A stretch of DNA of 58,035 nucleotides from an uncultured bacterium (GTDB lineage: Bacteria; Hydrothermota; Tepidihabitantia; Tepidihabitantales; JBDRVQ01). Positions within the stretch are counted from its first letter, which is position 1. Each line of letters starts with the position of its first letter. The notes beneath the pieces are model-generated. The model saw only the letters and a list, made by a program, of their open reading frames with translations. It had not been told where the DNA came from and made no database searches. The translations under genes and the position numbers were made by a program. Positions 44,601 to 54,726 of the stretch are shown here, piece after piece. The stretch is taken from the NCBI GenBank assembly GCA_964425275.1, contig CAYRLZ010000013.1, positions 1 through 58,035 on the forward strand, written 5' to 3'.

Positions 44601-46195
44601 GAAAGATAAAGGCATTCTCTAAGAACATAGACTCCTTTATGCCTAAAAACCGAACTTGCGCGCTTATGAAAATAATTCAAAAAGAAACCCTCATAAGAAT
44701 CATCGCCGACATCCTACTGGTCAATCTTTCTTTCTACCTCGGAATAGTAACCTATCTAATAGCCACCATTAATGGGCAACCCCTTACCCCTCGTTTCCCA
44801 TCTCCTCTTTCCAATAGTGCCCAACTAACAACAATAGGTTTTGGGGTGTATCTTTCTGCCTCATTGGTTCTCTCTTTGGCAACGCCTTTAATCTTTTTCC
44901 TCTTCGGATTTTATTCTTACAGCCGCTGGTATCGGGGGAGATATAAACTATTAATCATCATAACCGCGGTCTCCGTCTTATATTTGGTCTTTGGCTTTAT
45001 TATGAATAATTTTTATCCGACGTCCTCTTTACCGCCTTTTGTTTGGGCGAGTGGCTATTCCTTCACTCTTGCCCTGGTCACCCTGGCGCGTCTTTTCGCC
45101 GTTCTCTTTGAGAATATTTTTAAGACCGAAAGGAAAAAGATGAATGCCGAGGGGGTGAAGCCAATAGAAAATGTCTTAATCATTGGTGGTGGTGGTTATA
45201 TCGGTTCGGTTCTTACCCGAAAATTACTGAAACGGGGCTATCGGGTTCGGGTCTTAGATTTATTCCTTTATGGCGAGGAGTCGTTATCCGGGATTCAGGA
45301 TAAGAATTTAGAAATCATCCGGGGTGATTTTCGTAATGTTGAGACGGTCGTCTCGGCAATGGAAGACCAAGATGCGGTCATCCATCTCGGGGCGATTGTT
45401 GGTGACCCGGCTTGTGCCCTCAATCCTCAGGTAACATTTGAGACCAATCTCCTTTCATCTCGGTTCATTGCTCAGACCGCTAAGTCATTTTACTTGCAGC
45501 GGTTCATCTTCGCCTCCACTTGCTCGGTCTACGGCGCCTCAAAGTTTCCCTTAAACGAAAATTCTCCAACCCTCCCCCTCTCTTTATATGCGATGACGAA
45601 GTTATTATCCGAAGAAGTGATTCTTAAAATGGGCGGCAATGGCTTTGTTCCGGTTATCCTCCGTTTTGCTACGGTCTATGGCTCATCCTATCGGATGCGG
45701 TTTGACCTGGTGGTAAATCTCTTATCGGCAATGGCCACCGTGGATAAGAAGATTACGATATTAGGTGGTGAACAATGGCGACCCTTTGTCCATATTGAAG
45801 ATGTAGCCGATGCCTGTATTTTGGCATTGGAAGCACCAAAGGCATTGGTCGCCGGGGAAATTTTTAATGTTGGGTCGTCAGAAGAAAATTACCGAATAAG
45901 AGAGGTCGGAGAGATTATAAAGAGGATAATTCCGGAGGCGGAAATCTTTGAAGATAATGGGAATAAAGATAAGAGAGATTACTATGTCTCATTTGAGAAG
46001 ATTAAAAGGAAATTGGGGTATAACCCACCAAGACGAGTGATAATGGGAGTAGAAGAGATTAGGGAAAAGATAAAAAGAGAGGAGGTGATAAATTATAAAG
46101 ATGGTCGGTATAATAACTACCTTCACCTAACAAATAATGGCTATATCCGAGAGGTAAAATGGTGTGACCTCTTAAAGGTATTGGATAATGGATAG
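44597..46195 (+). CDS. NAD-dependent epimerase/dehydratase with N-terminal membrane domain
   Basis: About 4 TM helices, then GGGGYIGS, ASTCSVYG, YAMTK, RFDLVVN, QWRPFVH. Confidence 0.9.
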   Translation: MRKIKAFSKNIDSFMPKNRTCALMKIIQKETLIRIIADILLVNLSFYLGIVTYLIATINGQPLTPRFPSPLSNSAQLTTIGFGVYLSASLVLSLATPLIFFLFGFYSYSRWYRGRYKLLIIITAVSVLYLVFGFIMNNFYPTSSLPPFVWASGYSFTLALVTLARLFAVLFENIFKTERKKMNAEGVKPIENVLIIGGGGYIGSVLTRKLLKRGYRVRVLDLFLYGEESLSGIQDKNLEIIRGDFRNVETVVSAMEDQDAVIHLGAIVGDPACALNPQVTFETNLLSSRFIAQTAKSFYLQRFIFASTCSVYGASKFPLNENSPTLPLSLYAMTKLLSEEVILKMGGNGFVPVILRFATVYGSSYRMRFDLVVNLLSAMATVDKKITILGGEQWRPFVHIEDVADACILALEAPKALVAGEIFNVGSSEENYRIREVGEIIKRIIPEAEIFEDNGNKDKRDYYVSFEKIKRKLGYNPPRRVIMGVEEIREKIKREEVINYKDGRYNNYLHLTNNGYIREVKWCDLLKVLDNG

Positions 46196-46203
46196 GAGGA
46201 AAT

Positions 46204-46584
46204 ATGAATTGGCATAAAGTCGTTCTACTCTTTTTATTTTTCTCTTTTTCTTTTCCCCAGGAGACTGGTTCAATTAAAGTAGCAATTTGGGGAGAGGTAA
46301 AGAAGCCAGGGGTCTATTACCTCTCCGGTGTCCCCGATATATTGGAACTAATCTCACAAGCCGGTGGTCCAACAGTTGATGCTAACCTTTCATCGGTTAC
46401 TCTAATTGAAGGACTCTCCGGGAAGAAAAAGAAAGTGAGTCTTAAAGGTCCAATGACCTTTCTCGCCTCGGGTGATATTGTGGTTGTGCCGGCCAAGATG
46501 TCTTCTCGGATTAAAGATATTTTACCACTGGTCACTACCCTAACCGTTACGATTAATCTGGCATTGACGGTCTGGGGGAAATAA
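46204..46584 (+). CDS. SLBB-domain protein (minimal Wza/OPX-like)
   Basis: V..WGEVKKPGVY, LIS.AGG....A.LS.V, L..GD.VVVP and a C-terminal amphipathic helix. Confidence 0.8.
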   Translation: MNWHKVVLLFLFFSFSFPQETGSIKVAIWGEVKKPGVYYLSGVPDILELISQAGGPTVDANLSSVTLIEGLSGKKKKVSLKGPMTFLASGDIVVVPAKMSSRIKDILPLVTTLTVTINLALTVWGK

Positions 46585-46642
46585 GAAGAGAGAATTCCTC
46601 TAACGAGAGGAGTCGGGGAAAAATTCAAAATAAGGAGGAAAA

Positions 46643-48805
46643 ATGAAAGGTCAAGGAAGTGAAGAAAGAGGAGTTCAAACATTTATCTCAGTCTTAAACC
46701 GAAGGAGAAATTTAGCAATTTCGCTCTTCCTTATCTGTTGCGGCACGGTCGCAATCCTTACCTTTCAGGAGAAACCACTCTATTATGCTCAGACGGTTCT
46801 TCTGGTGGAGAATAATAGAAATCTTTCTCTCCTAAATGAAAATGTTCAATTCTATCCGACTAGGAAGCCGGAGAGTAATCACCTGGAGATGCTCAAGAGT
46901 ATAACGGTTGCCGAACGCGTCTGGTCAAGATTGGGCGAAGAGGTCAAAGTGGGATTGGCTAATCCCCACCCACCAAAATCCAGTTATGAGGGAGCAATGA
47001 AACTGCTTTCGGCGGTTAACTTAAAATTACCTCGGGAGACCAATTTGATTACCCTCGGGATTAAAGCCCGGCGCCCCGATTTAGCGGTATCCTTGGTGAA
47101 TTCTTATGCCGCAACTTATCAGGACTATATCCTTGAATGGCAGAAGGCAGATATTAGAGAAGTGAGAAGGTTCATTGAGACCCAATTGACCGATGTGGAA
47201 AAAAGGTTAAAAGAGAGTGAGGAGAAACTAAAAAGATACAAGGAAAAAAATGGGCTGATATCTCTCAATAGTAAAGAAAAGATTCTAATTGATAACGGGG
47301 CGACCATCCGCGCACTCTTAGAAGAAACCAGGAGTGAAAAAAAAGGAGTGGAAGAAGAGATGAGTCATATTCAGGCGCTCATTGGTGATGAGGGTAAGGG
47401 GATTGGCGACCGATTGGGAAATATCTCCTCGCCGGTCATTCAGAGTCTCAAAAAGACATTAGAGGAATTAGAATTAGAGAGGGTGAGACTTATGATGGAC
47501 GGAGCGGATGCGCAAAATCCAAAACTGGTTGTCTTAAAAAAGAGAGTGATGGAGGTGAAAAAGGCGCTGAAAGAAGAATCGGAGAAAAGCAATACCCTAG
47601 AGGGGATAATAAATCCCTTATCCCGTCTGGAAAGATTGAATAACGCACTCTTAGATTTAGAGATTGACTACACTCGCTTAGCAGCGCGCGAAAAGATACT
47701 TCTTCAACAGTTATCAAGCTATGAAGCAGAGATTCAAAAATTGCCGGCGGTGGAGCAAGATTTAGCCGAACTGACCAGAGAAGTTGAAGCCCAACGTAAG
47801 ATTTATACCCTCCTTCAAGAAAAATACGAAGAGGCGAAGATTGAAGAGGCTGGGAGAATTCCCGAAGTAAGAATTGTTGACCCGGCCTGGGAGGCAAAGA
47901 AAATCAAACCGGATCTCTTCCTAAATATTATCGCCGGTCTAATCTTCGGATTAGTCTTCGCCCTCTCCTCCGTCTGGATGGTGGAATACTTAGATACAAC
48001 GATTAAGACCCGGGAAGACCTGTCGGCATTATCTCTTAGTGTCTATTCGCAAATCCCGGATTTGACTCGTTATCTCGTGGCAAAGGATACAAAAGAACGT
48101 TTCTTTTTAGTTTCTAACCCCGATTCATCAACCGCCGAGGCCTTCCGGATTTTAAGAACGGCCTTAGCTTTTGCCGCACCGTCATCTAAACCAAAGACCC
48201 TGCTCATTACTTCGGCCCAAGCCAGCGAAGGGAAATCAACAATTGCCCTAAATCTTGCTTATGTCCTGGCAAAATCCGGAAAGAAGACCCTCCTAATGGA
48301 TTGTGATTTACGGCGTCCGGTTCTCCACACGATTTTTGAAACAAAGCGCAAACCTGGTTTGACTGACCTGATTATTGATAAGGTAGCAATAGAATCGGTA
48401 ATAATCCCGACACCGGTTGAGAATCTCTATTTTCTGCCCGCCGGGACTACTCCACCCAGTCCTGCCGATTTACTGAACTCTAATCTTACCGAGGAACTTC
48501 TTTCTTCTTTGAAGCAGGATTTTGAATATATAATTATTGACACGCCACCGGTGCTGATTGCCGCGGATACCTTAATCCTTGCCTCTAAGGTTGACGGTGT
48601 TCTCTTAGTGGTTTATGCGGAAAGGACAAAACGGGAGACGGTTAAGGATGCAATGGAGGTTCTCCAAAATACCCCAGGCAAATTATTAGGCTGTGTGCTT
48701 AACGGTGTAAAACCAAGCCGACGCCATGGTTATTATTACTATCACCACTACTATTACCAATCCGACCATCAGCCGAAAGCCCAAAGAGGAAATTCAAAAC
48801 TCTAA
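46643..48805 (+). CDS. wzc: Polysaccharide co-polymerase / BY tyrosine kinase (Wzc-like)
   Basis: Two TM helices flanking a coiled coil, EAFRILRT, EGKST, DCDLRRP, IIDTPP and Tyr cluster YYYYHHYYY. Confidence 0.93.
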   Translation: MKGQGSEERGVQTFISVLNRRRNLAISLFLICCGTVAILTFQEKPLYYAQTVLLVENNRNLSLLNENVQFYPTRKPESNHLEMLKSITVAERVWSRLGEEVKVGLANPHPPKSSYEGAMKLLSAVNLKLPRETNLITLGIKARRPDLAVSLVNSYAATYQDYILEWQKADIREVRRFIETQLTDVEKRLKESEEKLKRYKEKNGLISLNSKEKILIDNGATIRALLEETRSEKKGVEEEMSHIQALIGDEGKGIGDRLGNISSPVIQSLKKTLEELELERVRLMMDGADAQNPKLVVLKKRVMEVKKALKEESEKSNTLEGIINPLSRLERLNNALLDLEIDYTRLAAREKILLQQLSSYEAEIQKLPAVEQDLAELTREVEAQRKIYTLLQEKYEEAKIEEAGRIPEVRIVDPAWEAKKIKPDLFLNIIAGLIFGLVFALSSVWMVEYLDTTIKTREDLSALSLSVYSQIPDLTRYLVAKDTKERFFLVSNPDSSTAEAFRILRTALAFAAPSSKPKTLLITSAQASEGKSTIALNLAYVLAKSGKKTLLMDCDLRRPVLHTIFETKRKPGLTDLIIDKVAIESVIIPTPVENLYFLPAGTTPPSPADLLNSNLTEELLSSLKQDFEYIIIDTPPVLIAADTLILASKVDGVLLVVYAERTKRETVKDAMEVLQNTPGKLLGCVLNGVKPSRRHGYYYYHHYYYQSDHQPKAQRGNSKL

Positions 48806-48852
48806 ATTCTAAACAAAGCCAAAACTCACATGCTTATGAATAAATATTCTTT

Positions 48853-48940
48853 TAACCACCGGTGAACACGGAAGAAAAGAAAAAGAAGTATTTAGATTTT
48901 TTTTCTAAAACAGTGTTTATCCGTGTTTATCTGTAGTTAA
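48853..48940. repeat. Short palindromic element (AACCAC..GAACACGG ... CCGTGTTTATCTGTAGTT); related copy at 57640-57735
   Basis: Imperfect inverted arms with a 9-bp sub-period, between convergent genes. Confidence 0.6.
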
Positions 48941-49057
48941 ATTCTAAATCTGTGTCTGGTTGTGTGGCACTACTTCGCAGAATACCCGTGGTTGCATTTA
49001 TTGGGATTTTGGATTTTGGTCTTGGAGCGGGTATTCGGGATTAAATGACGAAGGAGG

Positions 49058-49780
49058 CTAAAATTTTACCTTTACTAAGAATAATCCACGAGCCGGGGCA
49101 GTGATAAAAGGTTTGTGGGGTAAGCCAGCGAAGGCGTTTATGATATCGGTCTTAGTAATCTGACCCCGCCCATAATCAATCAAGGCGCCAATTATTCGCC
49201 GAACCATTTTGTATAAAAATCGGTTGCCTTCAATTCTGATTATTAGAGAAGAACGCGACTTCTTCTTTAACGAAATCCTTTTTATATAGCAGACGCCCTT
49301 TTCTTCTGGTTGGTCACAAAAATGATGGAAATCCTTTTTGCCAACAAAGAATTTTACCGCCGCCGCTAATCGGGAGATGCTGATTGGGTATTCAATTTCC
49401 CAGACCCTTTCCCGCTGGATTGGAGAGCGACCCAAGAGGATGTGATATTCATAGACCTTCCATTTGGCTTGCCGTTGCGAATGAAAATCTTCTTTCACCT
49501 CTTTAATATCTTTGACATATATATCCTGGGGCAAGAGGGAGTTAAGACGAGAACGCAGGGTAGAAGGTGTGATACAAGAAGAGTAATGAAAATTAGCAAA
49601 GAAGGAGAATGCCGAAACAAACCGGTCTAAACGACTACAGCCGTAAACCTTTATCTTCTCACCAATGATTGCCGAGAGGACTTTTTCTAATTCTCCTTGA
49701 ACGGTTCTTTTCTCTGGTTGTTTCTGCCAGCCAAAAAAATCTCGGCCGTCAAATTCTAATTCCAAGAGATAGTTCGGCAC
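49058..49780 (-). CDS. truA: tRNA pseudouridine(38-40) synthase
   Basis: FDG..F.GWQ.Q....TVQ..LE, SRLD..V.A (catalytic Asp), G.RFLYKMVR, TAPA.GL.L. Confidence 0.92.
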   Translation of the reverse strand: MPNYLLELEFDGRDFFGWQKQPEKRTVQGELEKVLSAIIGEKIKVYGCSRLDRFVSAFSFFANFHYSSCITPSTLRSRLNSLLPQDIYVKDIKEVKEDFHSQRQAKWKVYEYHILLGRSPIQRERVWEIEYPISISRLAAAVKFFVGKKDFHHFCDQPEEKGVCYIKRISLKKKSRSSLIIRIEGNRFLYKMVRRIIGALIDYGRGQITKTDIINAFAGLPHKPFITAPARGLFLVKVKF

Positions 49781-49869
49781 GGATGCCCGGAGTGTTTTCT
49801 ATTGTGGCAAAGCAACAGAAGTAAAGGAGTAAGAATATTAAGGAAAATATTTAGGGTTTTTGATGGGGA

Positions 49870-50250
49870 CTATTTTTTCTGTTGTTTTGCCTCAATTGTC
49901 TTCTGGCAATCAATACAGTAGCGACAGTAGGGAATAGCCTCTAATCGCTCCTCACTAATCTCTTGGCCACACTTCTCACATATTCCGTATTTCCCTTCTT
50001 TTATCTTCCGTAGTGCCTCCTCAATCTCCATCAATATTTTCCCTTCCTGAGTCGTGAGTTGGGAGGCAATCTCTTTTTGGTAGGTCTCAGAACTCAAATC
50101 GGCAATATGGGTGCGGAAGGTAGATATCTCACCGGTGGTCTCTCGGTTACTCTTTTCCACAATATTTTCCACCACCCTCTTCTGTTTAATGATATTCTCC
50201 TTCTCTTTTAATAATTTTTCGGTCAACCGGGATAACTGTTTCTTATCCAT
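49870..50250 (-). CDS. TraR/DksA C4-type zinc finger protein
   Basis: HIAD..SE, AL.KI..G.YG.CEKC...I..ERL.AIP....CIDC. Confidence 0.92.
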   Translation of the reverse strand: MDKKQLSRLTEKLLKEKENIIKQKRVVENIVEKSNRETTGEISTFRTHIADLSSETYQKEIASQLTTQEGKILMEIEEALRKIKEGKYGICEKCGQEISEERLEAIPYCRYCIDCQKTIEAKQQKK

Positions 50251-53191
50251 CGCTCACTTTTACCAGGGTTACGCTAACTTTTAATTTATTTACCATAATA
50301 TCTTTTTTTATATCACCGGCCACTTCACCTTCTTCAATGCTCTTGGCCAATGTCTCCTGTGATATGTAGGATGCAAACTCTCTGATTGCTTCTTTCAATT
50401 TATTTTCGGCGGAAAAATAGAGTGCAATCCGGTCGGTAACCAAAAATCCCGCCTCCTTGCGCAACGCCTGAATCTTTCGGATAAATTCCCTTGCTAACCC
50501 TTCTCTTTCTAATTCCGGGGTAATCTCCGGAAAAAGTTTGACCGCATACTCACCCTCCTCGGCAAAGAATTCGTCATCTTTCGTTTTACTTTCCTTTTTG
50601 ATAAAAACCGCCTCTTTAATATTCAACTCTTCTTTGATTAAATCTTCATATTGTTTCATAGCCGATAATTTATCTTCGGGGATAAAGAAATGCCCTTTTG
50701 CCAACGGCATCCGAACCTTAACCCGCATCTTTTCGCGCACCGCCCGACCCAGTGAGACCAAGGTTCGCACCAGAGACATCTCTTCTTCTAATTTTTCATT
50801 GCGAAATTCTTCCCGATAGCGAGGAAAACTCGTAAGGTGCACACTCTCTTCTGCCTCCGGTAGAACCTCACTCACTAAATTGAGGTATAACTCCTCAGCC
50901 AAAAACGGCATAATCGGGGCAATCAATCGGGTAAGAACTAAAAGGCAAGTGTATAAAGTTGAATAGGCGGCAAATTTATCCGTACTGGGTTCAGATTTCC
51001 AGAACCGGCGGCGGGAACGACGGATATACCAAAGGGATAAATCATCAACAAATTCCTCAATCGCCTTAGGAACTGGTGCCGGGTTATAATTTTCCAATAG
51101 TTCCGTAACTCTTTTGATTAGTCGGTTGAGAAGGGACAAAATCCAGCGGTCAAGGAGCGGTCTTTCTTGCAACGGGATTACCCTTTCCTGGGGCAGAAAC
51201 TTATCAATCGCCGCATAGGTAAAGAAGAAGGAATAGACATTCCAGAGGGTTAATAATTTTCTCCGAACCTCATCTCCCAACTTGTAGCCAAAAAGGAGAT
51301 TCTCATAGGGATTATGAGAGCAAAAAAGCCAGCGCATTACATCAACCCCCATCTTCTCCGCGGCCTCGTCAAACCAGATGACATTCCCGGAACTCTTGTG
51401 CATATCTCGGCCCCTTTCATCTTTAAGTAGGGCATAACCGAAGATGGTCTTGACGGGCTCTCTCTCTTCTAAGACGGTTGACATCGCCAGTATGGCATAA
51501 AACCAATTGCGGAACTGTCCGGGGAAACTTTCGGTAGCGAGGTCAAAAGGAAACCACTCCGCCCAGTATTCCCGATTCTTTAAATAATTAAGGGTCGAGA
51601 AAGGGACGATGCCGGCATCAAGCCAGGGATTTCCCACATCGGTAATCCGCGCGACCGGTTTTGAGCATCGCTCGCACTGAATCTTCACATAATCAACCCA
51701 AGGTCGGTGCGGGGAGTGGCCCTCAAACTTATCCCAACCCTCTATTGCCCTTTCCTTTAACTCCTCTTTACTGCCCACGACCATAACATGACCGCATTGG
51801 CATTCGTAAATCGGTAAAGCAAGCCCCCAGTATCTCTCCTTAGAGATTAACCAATCCTCCATATTATTGAGCCAGTCCAGTTCTCTCTGCAAACCAAATT
51901 CCGGTAGCCACCTTATCCGTTTTGCCACTTCCATAATCTTATATCTAAGTTCCTTCATTGATATATACCACTCCGGAACCAGTCGGAAGACCAGTTCGGA
52001 ACCGCAGCGCCAGCACACCGGATAACGATGCCAATAAGGTTCAACCTTATAGAGAATCCCCTTCTTTTCTAAACTCAAAAGGATTTTCTCTTCCGCCTCC
52101 TTCACATTTTTACCCGCTAAACCCTCATAGTCGGGAAGGAAATTACCATCTTCATCAATTGGACAGAGGACCGGTAATGAAAACTCTTTTCCCAACCGGT
52201 AGTCTTCCTTACCGCAACCGGGTGCAATGTGCACAATACCGGTCCCTTCATTAGTTGAGACCTCTTTCCAGGGGATTACCTTGTGAATCAGATTTTTTTG
52301 CGGCGGGAGTTCATCAAATGGGCCATAGTATATCTTACCCAGCAGTTCTTCTCCTTTTAACTCTTCCTTAACTTGCCGCTCCTGTATATTTAAGACACCG
52401 AGTCTCTCCTTCAAGAGATAATAGAATTGCCCATTTATTTGCACCTTAACATAAGTAAGGTTGGGATGCAGGGCACAGGCACAATTAGCGGTTAATGTCC
52501 AGGGCGTTGTTGTCCAGACTAAAAGAAAGGTATTCGGTTCATCCCTTAAAGGAAACCGAAGATAAATCCCTTTATGTTCTATCTCTTTATAGCCCTCAGT
52601 GACAATTTCATGTTGGGAGATGGCTGTGCCACACCTTGGACACCAGGGGACAACATCCTCTCCTTTATAAATCCAGCCTCTTTCATGACACTTCTTTAAG
52701 AAATACCAGATGGTATAATTATTTTCATCGGACATTGTGTAATAGGAATTATCCCAGTCCATCCATTGCCCGAGCCTTATTGACTGCTGGGTTTGGATTT
52801 GGGAATATTTCAAAACCCTTTCCTGACAACGTTTAACGAAATTTTCAATACCGTATTCCTCAATCTCCCGTTTTGATTTGAAGCCTAACTCCTTTTCTAC
52901 CTCTACCTCTACCCAGAGCCCTTGGCAGTCAAACCCATTCTGAAACCGTTGGTCAAACCCCTGCATCGCCTTAAAGCGCTGGAATATGTCCTTATAGGTT
53001 CTCCCCCAGGCATGATGGACACCCATTGGATTGTTAGCGGTTATCGGACCGTCCAGGAAGGAGAATTTCCTCTTTCCCTGATTCTTCGCCTTAAGTTTGG
53101 CAAAAACCTTATTTTTCTCCCAGAATCTTAGAATCCGATGCTCAATCTCAGGAAAGTTCGGATTTGCGGGCAAAGGCTTATACATCGCCAA
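50243..53191 (-). CDS. ileS: Isoleucine--tRNA ligase, type 2
   Basis: DGPITAN, GFDCQGL, WTTTPWTL, GTGIVHIAP, YPVCWRC, DWLISKERYWG; EGLARE..R.IQ..RK..G..V.DRI C-terminus typical of IleRS2. Confidence 0.96.
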   Translation of the reverse strand: MAMYKPLPANPNFPEIEHRILRFWEKNKVFAKLKAKNQGKRKFSFLDGPITANNPMGVHHAWGRTYKDIFQRFKAMQGFDQRFQNGFDCQGLWVEVEVEKELGFKSKREIEEYGIENFVKRCQERVLKYSQIQTQQSIRLGQWMDWDNSYYTMSDENNYTIWYFLKKCHERGWIYKGEDVVPWCPRCGTAISQHEIVTEGYKEIEHKGIYLRFPLRDEPNTFLLVWTTTPWTLTANCACALHPNLTYVKVQINGQFYYLLKERLGVLNIQERQVKEELKGEELLGKIYYGPFDELPPQKNLIHKVIPWKEVSTNEGTGIVHIAPGCGKEDYRLGKEFSLPVLCPIDEDGNFLPDYEGLAGKNVKEAEEKILLSLEKKGILYKVEPYWHRYPVCWRCGSELVFRLVPEWYISMKELRYKIMEVAKRIRWLPEFGLQRELDWLNNMEDWLISKERYWGLALPIYECQCGHVMVVGSKEELKERAIEGWDKFEGHSPHRPWVDYVKIQCERCSKPVARITDVGNPWLDAGIVPFSTLNYLKNREYWAEWFPFDLATESFPGQFRNWFYAILAMSTVLEEREPVKTIFGYALLKDERGRDMHKSSGNVIWFDEAAEKMGVDVMRWLFCSHNPYENLLFGYKLGDEVRRKLLTLWNVYSFFFTYAAIDKFLPQERVIPLQERPLLDRWILSLLNRLIKRVTELLENYNPAPVPKAIEEFVDDLSLWYIRRSRRRFWKSEPSTDKFAAYSTLYTCLLVLTRLIAPIMPFLAEELYLNLVSEVLPEAEESVHLTSFPRYREEFRNEKLEEEMSLVRTLVSLGRAVREKMRVKVRMPLAKGHFFIPEDKLSAMKQYEDLIKEELNIKEAVFIKKESKTKDDEFFAEEGEYAVKLFPEITPELEREGLAREFIRKIQALRKEAGFLVTDRIALYFSAENKLKEAIREFASYISQETLAKSIEEGEVAGDIKKDIMVNKLKVSVTLVKVSDG

Positions 53192-54649
53192 TCACTCCCT
53201 TCCGGTATGACGGAGGTCTTTGCGGAACATTGGCCAACCTTCCGTCGGGAGATTTCCCCGGCCGATAATCGCCACTAACCCACCGTCTTCGCCAATATAG
53301 ATGACACCATTAGCCAAGGCCGGAGAAGATGTCAGTTCCTCATAAGACTCCAGGGCGACCTCGGTAGCGAAGATTCTTTGGCCGTCGTTTAGAGAAAGGG
53401 CAATAAGGGAATCACCTGACTGCTTCCCGTAGTCAACCGCGATATAAACCTCACCAAGATTAGAGATTAGAGGAGTTGATAAGACCTGTCCCTTGGCATC
53501 AAATTCCCATAAACTTACTCGGGATGTGTCAAAACAGAAGACCTTTCCTTCGTCATTAGACACGATGAGAAATTTCCCGAAGATAACTGGTGAGGTAGTG
53601 ATTGGGTCTTGGAGATTTCTCAAAAAAACAATATTCCCTTGATTATCCAGGCAGTAGAAAGAGCCATCGTCACAGCCGAAGTAAACCCGACCTAAGGCAT
53701 CAATTGCCGGTGAGGACCGCGCTTCATCCGAAAGGGGTATCTCCCATTTTAACACACCCTCCGGGGTATAGGCGGAAAAGACCTCGCCACCAACAAAAAT
53801 CGTCCCTTTAATATCAACCACCGGTGAAGAGAGACCAAAGCCACCCGGTCGACCAACCCGAAAAATAATCTGTCCGCCACTTATCCCATAGAGGCTCTCC
53901 GCGGTAGAGAGATAAATGTCTCCGTTCTGCCCTAAACCAGGAGATGAGAGAATTGGGGTATTTAAATCCAGCCACCAAATGAGTGTCCCTTGGGGAGATA
54001 TGGAATATAAGATACCATCTTCGGTTCCGAAGATAATATTCCCATTGTCGTCAATTAAGGGTGAGGAGACGATTGCAGCATCCGTAGTGAACGGAAAGCC
54101 GGTCTTCTCTTTTCCATCGGGGGTCAAGGCGTGGAGGTGATTTTCGGTGCATCCGCAATAGATTGTGCCATCAGAACCAATCGCCGGCGATGAGACAAAA
54201 ATCCCTTCCTCCTCACACCGGAAGCGCCACAGGACCATACCCGAATAAGGTGAAATAACCCTTAATTCTTTCGTCAACCACTGCCCCTCCTTATTCCTTA
54301 TATCCCGGGCTTTCACCCGAACATAAAATTTAAGGGTATCGCGAAATGTATGGGTAGTGGCATAGAGAGAATCCGAAGGAAAGAAAGGAGACCAAGGGGA
54401 CCGTGAACCATCTCCCCAGTCAAACATAAATTGAACCTGCTCTTTTTCTGGGTCGGTTGCCTTAACCCGGAATAAGACCGCTGAGTCCTTAATACCAAAA
54501 GCCGGTGCCTCAAAGAAAGAAATCTCTGGCGCTCTATTCCTTTTGCAACCCGGGAAAAGGAGAATGAAAAAAAGTATAAGAAACCACCGATAAAAACCGA
54601 AACCTTCAAAACTGTGGGCTTGCTTCTGGCTTTGCGTCTCGTTTTTCAT
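53192..54649 (-). CDS. Lipoprotein with PKD-like domain and PQQ/BamB-like beta-propeller
   Basis: LFPGC lipobox, FDWGDG, repeated SSP.I..DG.IY.G blades, WPMFR.D..HTG; ATG 54649 preferred. Confidence 0.85.
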   Translation of the reverse strand: MKNETQSQKQAHSFEGFGFYRWFLILFFILLFPGCKRNRAPEISFFEAPAFGIKDSAVLFRVKATDPEKEQVQFMFDWGDGSRSPWSPFFPSDSLYATTHTFRDTLKFYVRVKARDIRNKEGQWLTKELRVISPYSGMVLWRFRCEEEGIFVSSPAIGSDGTIYCGCTENHLHALTPDGKEKTGFPFTTDAAIVSSPLIDDNGNIIFGTEDGILYSISPQGTLIWWLDLNTPILSSPGLGQNGDIYLSTAESLYGISGGQIIFRVGRPGGFGLSSPVVDIKGTIFVGGEVFSAYTPEGVLKWEIPLSDEARSSPAIDALGRVYFGCDDGSFYCLDNQGNIVFLRNLQDPITTSPVIFGKFLIVSNDEGKVFCFDTSRVSLWEFDAKGQVLSTPLISNLGEVYIAVDYGKQSGDSLIALSLNDGQRIFATEVALESYEELTSSPALANGVIYIGEDGGLVAIIGRGNLPTEGWPMFRKDLRHTGRE

Positions 54650-54656
54650 AGCCACC

Positions 54657-54718
54657 ATTATACCAAGAACATCACCTCTGTCAAGAGGGATTGAAAAATA
54701 GTAGAATTTGGTTATAAT
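54657..54718. promoter_or_regulatory. Back-to-back sigma70 promoters
   Basis: Minus strand TTGACA-N16-TATAAT (54684-54657); plus strand TTGAAA-N16-TATAAT (54691-54718). Confidence 0.7.
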
Positions 54719-54726
54719 CAAAGACG

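Noticed and set aside
53180-53200. T-box leader for ileS
   Set aside because: ileS starts immediately after the upstream gene's stop, leaving no leader space
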